From positions 5,432,436-5,496,435 of the forward strand of contig SMSO01000031.1 in assembly GCA_004764695.1 (NCBI GenBank): a stretch of 64,000 bases of DNA. The letters are read 5' to 3'. Under the pieces are notes generated by a model. That model had not been told where the DNA came from. It did no database searches and saw only the letters and a program-made list of their open reading frames with translations. This document shows, piece after piece, positions 1 through 11,183 of the stretch (position 1 is its first letter; every line of letters begins with the position of its first letter). Origin of the DNA: Schizochytrium sp. TIO01 (lineage: Eukaryota > Protista > Bigyra: Labyrinthulomycetes). The translations under genes and the position numbers were made by a program.

Positions 1-3000
1 TGTGACCATTCGAATTTCTCAGGAAGCGAGCGACAGAGCTCAATACACTCCTGTCCTCGAGCACTTGCCGTTCTGACTTGGATCTCTTCTATGTATATCA
101 AATCTGCAATTTGCACCGAGAAACACTTTGCGGATCATTATATGAGTCTTATATGCAGTTGGAAAGCGTGTTTTCGTCGATGGTGGCATACGTCGTGTAT
201 TTGCCTTCAAAGAGGCAGCTAGCTAACAAAAATATGCACTGTGCGAACTCGAGCGGCTGTGCAGACGTTGGAACATCAATGGCAAGTACATAGGGCCCCG
301 AACAACGGCAGACAAACTCCCGTTCTCCTTCCCAACTTAGAATTCCTCTCCAGATCAATAGTTGTCGCTGGCTTTGCTAATCATGGTTGGTAGCAAAATT
401 TTGAAGCAGAACTACTTTTAAAACAACATCTACCTTTCTTAGTTCTTTTTAATCCTAAACATATATATTTATAAACATTTTTTCAATTTTAGTTTTAAAA
501 ATAATGTCAATAAGTCATGAAAGAAAGAAATCAGTCATTCTTTTCTCTTTTTATTTTTTATTTTTAATTAAATTAAACTTTGTTTCAAATTAACAAATTG
601 TAAATAGTTGTCAGCGCTTAAGTTTCAGGGCCCATAGTCCCTACTACCTACTAGTTCTTTCGCCTAATCGAGAGAGTTGAAAGGATAAAAACTTTATTTC
701 GCCGGGTTACCGCGCGCCTTTCTCGTCTGCTTTCGCAGTGATGCTGCCTAGCTGACGCGCCCTGCCTTTATTCCAGTTTTATCAACTCGTCGGGCGCATG
801 CGCACACTTCAATAGTACCCCCTATTGGGCCTCGGTGGCCGAGGAGAATCGTGGGCACCAATGTGACGCGGCGGGTAGACGGCAAAACTATTGCGAGATT
901 TTTAGGTCGCCGAGACAACGATGATGAAAGGTGAAGCAGGGACAGAAGGAGACACCTTCAATGCAAAGGCGAGAAGAGGCTTTTAGGCTGATAGGAATGG
1001 GCAGAAAGGAAACGTGGGAAGAGCAACAAAGCAAGTATGAAGAGTTTTCGGCTAAATTATGACTTGAGGAGCGCTCGAAAGTTGCCCCAGAGCTAACTAT
1101 TTTTTCTTTGGTATTGTCAAGAATAAGTATAGACAGAAGAAAGGAAATTGTACCGCACGGAGAACAGGTATTATGTCTACTATCTACGACACTACTATCT
1201 CTCGTTGCTTTGCTGAAGTGGGCTGCTCGTAATACTAAATATCGCGAACGAGAATATGAGATCTTTGATGGACTTGTATCTAAAACAACCGAAGGAAACA
1301 AGGCAATGGCTTGAACCGGAGATAAATGAATGATCCAAAGGAGCATTTGAGGGTGATGCTGCGGCCTGATTGCTTCAGACAAAGGGTCTTTTACACCGAG
1401 GCTTCGGAATGGCCCTCCTAAAATGTATGTCAAAACAAGGCCTGCAAATGTCTTGAAGATCTGAATAAAAAGGATGAACTCTGGAACCGATCAATTTGGT
1501 CTTCGAGCTCTCATTCTAGATGAATATGCTCATTTCCGAGTCGGCAATGTGAAAGTAGAAATAGAGAAATCCAGAGCGGAATTAGTTTCACAGTTTGAAA
1601 GGGTGCTATAATGATGCTGAATTGCAGAACGCAAACGCAAAACAGAATTGTCACAACGTTGCTAGGGCTTCATGAGATCACCTTAAATGCAGCAATAATA
1701 CTGTTTTTGTCTTCCTCTATTACAACTCCATGAGATATTATTTCGTCAACCTACGGACTTTATTATTCAAAAACAAATAAAATGTTTATAGCACCGCAAG
1801 TCGATCGATCTTTATTTATTATTTATTGTCTATTTAAAATATTAAACAACATTAAACAAAAAACATTTACTTTATATATCTAGAGGCTACCAATGATTAT
1901 ATTTATTTATATTTATTTATATTTATTATTACTATTATATAACAATAAATACGGCTGTTAATTGGCTCGCCGTGAATAGTAGTAGACGTTATAGAAACAC
2001 AAACTCAATTAAATAATAATCTGGTGTATTTTCACATGTCATTTACGTGCAGGAACAGTGAGTAAGCTCTTTGTATTTTGCGCTTGTGTTTATTGAGAAG
2101 TTCGAGGGTGAAATTTTGGTTTCAAATTCTCCTGAGCCAGTGGAGCATTGTGGAAAATAGTGACTCTAAGCTTTCAAATCTGAATTTCATTTAGTACCCT
2201 CTTTTCTTTTCTTTTTTTCCCTTTCAACACTGTCACATTTTGACTCGCTAGTGCGAGAATACTACTACCAGTTAGTAAGAGGAGAAATGCAACTAGAACT
2301 AGTAGATCTTGTGACATTATTAAAGTTTGTACCAATCTTATATTAATTGTTGATTATGATTATTCTCAAACAGCCTGTTACTCTTTATGTTTGAATTTAC
2401 AAAAATTTGCCCAAACTTTACTAAAAGTTACCAACCTGCCTTTTCAACTTTAATTCATATTTTCCCGTCGAGTCAAGCACCTTTTTCGTTTTCTTTTTCT
2501 ACCTTCAAATATCAAAGCTTCGAAATTCCCAAAAGACGGGAAACAAAATCTGCCTTGAGATTTTTATATTTGATTAAAAATATGTCTTTCTAATCTTGCA
2601 TATTTCTCAATCTGTGGCAACTGGTTTAAGAATGATATTCAGAAGGACTGATTGACTGAGCCAGTCTTATTCTGTTTTTAATTTATTTTTGATAGTATGT
2701 TTACAGCAAGAAAATTATAATAGGTACTGTTCTTACAAATCGACCTTCGCTTCAAATGCAGGTAAGTCCTCCTCCTTTCCTCCCCCCCCCTATATATTAA
2801 TGATATCACCAAATCCTCGTCAAACCCCCAAAAAAACTTCACTTAGATTCCCATATGAATTTCAAAGAAATGTTTAAAATAAACAAATCTACATTGGGTT
2901 GGATGAGATCACCATGGTATCGACCTCTATAGATCGGAAGTATTTTCCTTCCTCTTCTTTTTTAAAATTCATTTCTATTAAAAAAAAATATTGTTATTAT

Positions 3001-4236
3001 TTATCATTACAAGTATCTAGATAGCTATCTAGGCCTCTTTTCTTTCCTTGCATTTAATAAAAGATATTGGAAATCTAACAATTGCCGTGCGAGGAGGCTC
3101 CCTAATTCGCGGCGGCATACGTGCAAAGCTGAACTTGGAAGGTCGCATACGCAGGCAGATCCATTCGATAGCTCATTGACCCCAAGCTGGTGAGGATTTT
3201 CAACATGTTTGGCTAGCTACCCAGCTCATTGACCTGGAGACTCAAAGCGCAGACTGTGTGCTCGCCTTAAGCCATGGTCCTGCCTATTGCCTCGCTGACT
3301 GCCTCGATCTTGGAACATCCTCAACAAACAACTCGCCTATTACTACAAGCTGGAAGATATGTCAAGTTGAGGCATGGCCTGATACCGCAGAAACTCTTTG
3401 CCACTTTTCATGGTTTTTGCGCAAGCAAAGACTGATAATCACGGCTTAGTGTAGAAGATCTGAGAACTCTAACATCTATATGGATCCACACAGCTACAGT
3501 ATGTGCACGAGATAGAATGTCTTTGAATCTGCAGCATCAATAGAGAGACGGATGTTGTTGGACCCACCAGTCAGCTGGACTGCCTCTTCCTAGGGCGAAG
3601 AACATATTTTTTTACTCTTTTTTAAATCCCTCCAGTGTATTCAAAGGTTGTATATCCGCCGTATTCTCTATAGCTTAGGATCACAGTTCCCACTTTCACA
3701 TAGATCTTACCAACTCGAGTGTACCTGCCTACTACCTTTAGAGAATTATTGAGATTTAAAGCTGCCTTGTTAGCTATAGGTCTGGCCGAGAGAAGGAAAC
3801 CGCTTTATATGATATCTACATACATATATGTATCACAAACACGTCTTTCTTGATGGGAGCAGAAGCATAGAAGAAAGAAACATGGTTATCGATTGATTTA
3901 TTGATTACCGTTGGACTTTTGCTGCGCTGATCGCTTTATAGTTTGATTTCAAAATTGACCCATCTTCCAAAGAAGTAAGAATTTGTTATTCAACTCAATC
4001 CAGTAAAACAAAAGCTAATCATGGCTTCTTAGATCAAGCCTTGATTAAACAAGATTAAGTTCCCAAGGCCCGCAATGTATCTCGCTTGTCATTTCAAAGA
4101 AAGATGTACTAATGCTACTTCAGACAATGCGGTGCAATAAAACTTAAGCTGAGGAGAAATTAAGCTAGAAAACCCTCAGTCCATGGAATAAGGGAGAATT
4201 TGAGCTTAAAAGAAATGATGTTAAGAGTTTGACTAC

Positions 4237-4299
<63 letters not shown>
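4237..4299. repeat. (GTT)n microsatellite, ~20 copies
   Basis: Perfect trinucleotide run; source of the spurious poly-V/poly-N ORFs at 4160-4456. Confidence 0.95.
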
Positions 4300-5168
4300 C
4301 GAAGGAGTGGCTGGAGATGTTTGTGTGCGACATCATCAAAAGAGCCATCAAACATCTTTGAATTGCGAGCATACAGTAATAAGAGCTTTTGTTACTGGAA
4401 ACAACTTACATCAAAGTGAACTTTTAACGGGGTTATTTCCTCTGCTTGTAAGTTAATTAATGTTGGAATCGAAGGGCTCTAAGACATAGAATTCAGGTTT
4501 GCTGCGCCAGACCAAATGACAGATTAACATATGAAGGGCGTACGTGCTCCTGTGGAGTGCCTCGAAATCATTTAGAGAGAGGGGAAGAAAAAACACCAAA
4601 TATTAAACTATCAGCATTTATTAGCTCTAGGATGTATCCAAGAAAGGTTTGTTGTTGTCGCACAGTTTGTGACACAAGCCTCCTACGACGAAGACACATT
4701 CTGATCAGCAATGCTGACTTTCAGTGAAGGTGACGAAACTTTCATCATATGAACGTAGAAGAACGACCTATACATCATTCGAGAATAGTATTATAGCCAA
4801 CTTAAACAATCAAACACAAAAGTACAAGGACTTATGTTAACTCCGCATGCAAGTTCGTGTTCTTACTCGAAGGTCAAAGGCCATCGCTAGCGTGAAGACA
4901 GACAGCTTATCATGATCAATTCCCTGTGAGGAAAGACCTGTAAAAGTGTCTCTCTCTCGCTGTAAATTTGAACCAGTTGTCAGTAACAGAGGACTGGGGC
5001 TGGGGCCATTCTCCAAGGTCTGGCCGAAAGGTCCATGTGTGAGAATTAAGAAGGATACGCAAAAAGATTCACGTGTAAGACAGAATGGGAAACGAAAAGC
5101 CAACAATTTAGCGCAAAGAGGGGTGTGAGTCAATGAAACCAAAAGGGCTAAAGCAAAAAACTGAGAGC

Positions 5169-7998
5169 CTAAATTGGAACCTCTTCTGACCTATGGGAGG
5201 ACTTGTGCGCTGATTTACGAGACTTTGATTTTGACGCAATAACTGCATCACCATTTGGGCGAAATCGGACGCCGTATTTGGTTCTCAAAGCTTTGAACAG
5301 GGCCTTGTGGCGGCCTTCAAAGTGGGAGAGCATCTTATCTACATCCTGGACACGGTCAGGGAGATTTTCAGTGTAAAATCGAAGCAAAGTCTGACGCAAA
5401 GAGACATCAGGATCCAGGGTACCTGATTCGTCGACATCAAGTGGGTCAACGCCACTCATAAGGGGTGCCGCAAAGGTGACAACCTTGTTATCTGAAGTGT
5501 CGCCATCATCCTCAGGATTAACATCACCTTTGCTACCCGAGCGGCTCAGTAGTGCATCGACGTCTTGATTCTCATCATTGCTACGACTGCGTCCACCCAG
5601 CACAGAGGGCACCTGTGGCTCCCTAGAAACCCAGGTGCCGTCGCGATTGAAGCGAACCTTGTATTTGGCTTCAAGAGATGCAATGACCATGTCTTCCTTA
5701 CCACCGTGTTGCTTGATCAGAGCCTGGACCGAACTGCGCGACTTCTTGGGTGCCACAATGGAGAAAAAATCAACAAGAACCTCCTCAAGATCAAGGTCTG
5801 GGCGCAAAAAACGTGTGGCTTGATGCGCCTTTGCGGCCGTCAAACTGGAAACCAAACTCTGGTTACCGGAGTCGCGGCGACGGCGCAGCAGGGCTGCAAC
5901 AATAGAACCTTTTTTCTTGCGGAAGGTTTTACCGTTCTTCTCTACCTTTTTCGTGAGCTCTTGGGACCCGGGAGGTACTGATGTGGCATATGAAAACGCT
6001 GATTTATAATCATCATCATCGTCGTCATCGTCATCGTCGTCGTCATCGTCACCTGCTGCAGTAGAAGCATCCCCAGCGCCAGCGGGTCGGGACTTCTTAT
6101 AAGACTTTGTTGTTTTAGTGTCTGCGTCGTCATCATCACCAAACTCTGTAGTGGCCTCGTCATCGTCATCGTCGTCGTCATCGTCATCGTCATCGTCTCC
6201 ATCTGCTGAAGCAGCTGATGTCGGCATTGAAGCCCAGGCTGAGGCAAGTGCACTGCGTGCCTTATCTTGAGCCCCTTCCAGGCCACCCCTTGGTGGTAGG
6301 AACTTGTGAAGTGCGGTATTGCGCACGAAGAATACTGTCCGCAGTGTTGCCACGGTCCTCGACAAGAGGAGCTGGCGCAACGCCTGAAATGGGTACATAG
6401 GCTGTGGATCTTCCACAAAGCCGCATGACCTCAAGTGCAATGCGCAAATACTTTGGTGCAAGAGGCTCCTCCCAATTATGGCTTGTGTCGCGGAAGACCT
6501 CGAGTGCGTACGCGAGTAGAGACTTTTTGCGTTCATTTTCGTGCCAGTTGTACCACATTGGCGTATCCTTCTCATTGAACTCAAGGTCGATTGCTATGCG
6601 GAGAGTACGCGCGATAGCCTCTTCGCTCACATTACCCTCACTATTCTGAAAGATCCAATCGTCATCGATGACCATGACCATGCGCGACAGAAGATCGACC
6701 TTCGCACTCTGCCCCTTCGTCCTCATCAGCAGGCCTAAGTTGGAACACACAACCTCCTCCTTCGGGTGCGGGAAGTCTAGCTGATGGAAGATCTTTAATG
6801 CCCTCGAGAACATGGTCTCTGCACTATCCAGGTCGCCCTTTTTCGCATAAAATGTACCAAGGTCTCCTGCCACTACAGCTACCTGGATGTCATCTTTTCC
6901 ATAGAGTTCCTCCGTCACATACAAAGCCCTCTGTAAGATCGATGTCGCCTCGTCCAAGTACTCCGGCATATCTCCAAGCAAAAGCGCCAAGCGCACCGTA
7001 ATCCGCTGTTCGTCGAGTTTGCTAAGAGCACCGTAAGATCCAGCAAGAGCAGTTCTGAAGAGGAGTTCAACGTGGTCTGAGCGTCGAGCGTCGGAGAGCA
7101 GTGAAGCAGTGTGATCGAGGAGTTCGATAAGCGGAATCCGCATGGCAGCTGACTCCTCACCAGGCTTCTTGGTACGGTCATAGATGGTGGAGGACTTTCC
7201 GAGCGGCATGCTGAAGACGAAGTCGAGTCCACTGCTACGCAAGCTGTCGCCCTGGCTAAGGGACCCCGAAGTAACTGCGCCAGGGCCTCCTCCGGCGTTG
7301 CCTCCTCCAAGCATCAGTGAGAGCCTCTTTCTAAAGCTTGACCGCTTGTCTCCAGACGCTCCTCCATTGCTAGTGCTGCCAAGATAGCTGCCTCTATTGC
7401 TGCCTCGCGAGGTATCTCTAAGCAGGTCCCTTTGCGCGACCTCTGCGAGCTCTTCCTCCAGCAAAATTCCTGCATCACGGGCCCTTGCTCTGGCGTCCGC
7501 TTCGATGTCAGCTGCCTCTGACCCCTTTCCTTGCGCTGCAACGACTCCTGCGAGGTTACACTTGGAACGCACAAGTAGCTCATTGATGGTCTCTGCGGCT
7601 TTAAGAGGTCCCTGTCGAGCGACGCTGCGCTCTAGAGACTTCACAAGCTCACGCAGTGCTTTATCAGCCTCACGGACCTTGCCCTGTTTCCAGTACAGCA
7701 CGGCAAGGTAGTTTATCTGTGAGCGGAACTCGATAGAGCGCTCCCCACGAAGCTTTGATGCGAGACTCAAGCTCTTGCGCAGAAGACGTTCACTGACCTC
7801 TAGGTCGTTCCGCTCGAGGTGGAGAAGTGAGAGACCTCGCGTTGCGACGAGGCGCTTTTCGGCATTGGACCTCTTTCCTGCAAACTGCTTCAATCGAACC
7901 AGGCGGGACTCTGCTGCAGAAGCAAGTTCATCAAACCGGCCAGGTGAAATCAGAGGCTCTCCCAAAGAAGGCCCACTGTCCACAGCCATGCTCATCAT
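5169..7998 (-). CDS. TPR-repeat (kinesin-light-chain-like TPR) protein with poly-Asp tracts and two C-terminal helical motifs; ~942 aa after removing one probable extra G near 6285
   Basis: ORF 6262-8040 (first ATG 7998) has KLC-type TPRs (INYLAVLYWKQGKVREA; GDLGTFYAKKGDLDSAETMFSRALKI). ORF 5169-6584 continues as GGLEGAQDKAR... with poly-D and two 'LxxFyxxxxP...G....L...L..KY' motifs. Deleting one G in AAGGGGTGGC joins them into 943 codons. Confidence 0.75.
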
Positions 7999-10900
7999 GG
8001 TCCGCACGTGCCAAAGAGTGCCACTCGCCAGGGACAGCACAGCAGAGTGGGGTACGACTCAGCTGCTTGAGCCTGAGTTCGCCTGCCCACCCCCGCCTGC
8101 CTGCCCTGCCTGCCTGCCTGGAGCGGGCCTGCTCGCTCGCTGGCCGGCTGGCTGGCTAGCTTGTGACTTTGCTGCCTGGGCCAGTCTATAAATACGTGCG
8201 TTCTCTCAGACTCTTATTCACTCACTTTGAGTGTTTTGTAGTTTGTTCTTTCCACTTTTTTTCAGGCTAGTTGAAGAGTTTCTTGCTTTCGTCGATTGTT
8301 CTTACGGGTGACGGCGCGTAGAGTATTCCTCGGCTTGCCCAGACGCGAGGGCTGCAGGTTGGCCTGCAGGCCAGGTTTGGGGAACTGGGAGGGGTCGGAG
8401 TCGAACTAGAAGAGGTGCTCACTCACCCAAATTCTGCTTGGCTGATCGACTGATCAACCAAATAACTTGATTGAGCAAATACTTTTTTTTTTCTTGTTCT
8501 TGTTTAACTTGCAACCCGTTCCCAAACGAAACACCGCGTGCTTGCGTGCAGCCAAGAATCGCTCAATCGCTGTAGAATATCGGCCGATTTATTGAAGAGC
8601 GCTAGTCAATCGAGGAAGCCGCTCCGCCGCAAAGAATCGAGCACTCGAGGGCGATAATATAGGGGGACTTTAGAACTGCTCAAGCAACACGAGTCGCGGA
8701 GTTATAAGTCAACTTGAATGAAATCATTACAACCTCAAGTTCGTTCATTCAACTTCGATGCATGCAAAAGAATTGGTTCTAGCCTAACAAGGCTATATGC
8801 AACGAATGCTTTCACCGACTGACTGATTGGCGCTTAGGTGGCGTGCGCCATGACCACTTTTGCTGCTCAGAAAGGCCAACTAAATTCTGCGCGTCGCGTG
8901 CGTCTTGCTTGTTCACGGCGTGATCGAGGTCAGTGTCCAGTGTCCTACCACCATTCTAGCATACTTCGTAATGGTGGTGCTATTATTGTTCTCACTTTGC
9001 CATTCTACTTTTTTCTTTCTGTAGTGCGTCGCTACCCCACCTACTAGTCATAATTGTAATGGCCGTAACAAGCCCACGATGTTTGCTTGTTGGTTGTTGG
9101 TTGGTCAATGTTTGCTTGTTTATTTGTTTGACAGGGACAATGATCGTGGTTGCGTTGGTGGCGGGCATGGTTTTCATGATACTGATAAATACTTCCTACC
9201 GTGAGGTACTAGTACATGTTATTTTTAACTTATTGTTTTATTTAACTTTTTTAATTAAAAGATGATGTTCAGGTAACAAGAGTACCTAGTATATCAATCA
9301 AGTGCCTATTTAATATGAAAAACAACAGCGTTATGACGTCACAGAATGGTAGACAGACTGACTTACAGACAGACTCATTTGTTTGAGATACTGTCTAGGT
9401 ACCTAGTCTCTTTTATGAATTCCCCGAGCTCGAAGATGAGCTCGGTTTTGGGGTTTTAGCACTGAAAACTCAATAAAGGGGTGAACGAACCCACTTAGTA
9501 AGTACAGCATCTTCGAACGATAGACAGACCAAATAGACAGACGGAGAGAAGAATCACGTGCAGGTGCAGCGCGTGCACACTGTGTGCTCTTAATTTAAGT
9601 AAATAATTATACAACTTATACTACAGTAACATCTAAAATTAAGTAGTTGTATCACCTAGTTTGAAGCAAATACCGTCCACTAATGTTCCTAGGAAACTAG
9701 TTCACCCAGCTTGACAACCTAACTAGCCTTCGAATGAAGAGGCTAAGCGAGCTTGGGCGCAGGACCCAAGGGTCCTTGCAGATCTAAGAGCCCTGGAATG
9801 ATGCAGAGACATTCTACAAAATCTTCCTTTTGCTAGTCTTCATGAAAGTAAAACTTGAAGTTTGCAGAATTGCGCGAATCTGAGGCTTGTGCTGGATCTC
9901 GCCAGTCCTAAGTGTGGGCGAGAGCCGAAAGTAAATGAAGTTCAACGACAGGAACTAACTAGGCATAAAGCTATAGAAACTAAACAAATTGAAGGGACTA
10001 TTGAAGGGTGTCAATTTGGGAGTTCTACCCCCATCTAGGAGGGCATACCACTGACAACTCTATGAGGCAGAGACAATGAGTGGGGGCCTCTGTCTATCTG
10101 TGGGGAGAAAGACAGACCAACGACGCACGGGCATTCGACTGGCGAAGGAAGCCCCTCGGGCATCGTCACAATTATTGTTTTCAATCTCATAGATCAAGAA
10201 TCAGAGATAGGTATTTCTAGGTACCTGCTTGTTCTAGAAATTAAATGTTCTTTAGCTCTACTTCTTAAATATCATTTTTACAGGCGCCATATGTGTTGAT
10301 CTGAGTTTCATTAAAACCCAAGTCAAACGATGGATAGGAGGACCCTGCGAATGTTGCCAAGCTCTAGAGGAATGGTAGGTAGGTAGGTGCCTACTAGGTG
10401 TCAAGGTTCTGCTATTTGTGAATACGCTGACACGTTTTTTGTTTTTTTTAACTTTCGATGGGAATGTATGAAACGTGGGGGTGAGGTCACTCTTCCCAGT
10501 TAGAGGTTATTCCTAACATACGTCAAGACTAAAGCAAACATTTATGTAATTGAACATCTTCATTTTTTATTCTGAAGAAATCGAGACTTTACTCGATTAA
10601 CTCTTCTATTCGTTGGAGGCTAATGATACTCCTATCTGTCTTTTTACTTGGTCAAATCTCAAGCTTGAAGATTATCTGCTAAATTACAGTATTTATTTTA
10701 AATGCAAAATAGGAACTATTATCTCCTTCTTAGAAGATCATTCGAGGGAGGATTAATAGAGAGCTGTAAAATCTTCTGTCGTGGCGGATTACTGTGCCAC
10801 CTTGAGGCGCAAGCAACCATACACGTGCCTTATCTAGATTATATTTGTTAAATGCAAATAAGAAGTCTCACTAAGGAAAATAGTAAAATCACAAAACTCA

Positions 10901-11183
10901 ACAAAGGTAAATTTAATGTTTCATATCGCAGTTGTCTTTCAAGAAAGCTATCTATACAACTTCAAAGCGAACCACGAAATATCACGTCGTGCCTATGACG
11001 CTATCTTTTAAGAACCAAAGCAAGATGACAGGCCTTGGAAACTGAAGTTGTTGTAAAAAACTCTCTTTTAGCTCAATGCTCTTACTCTTGAGTAAACACT
11101 CGAGTGAAAGCAGGGCCCATGGATCATATCTCAGTTTAAGCGTTCATATAGATAGGGAGGCTTGCGCTATCTAAGTTCGAAGC

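Noticed and set aside
6262-6584. Two overlapping genes or a pseudogene at the TPR locus
   Set aside because: One extra G in a G4 run explains the overlap; the assembly shows similar indels elsewhere.
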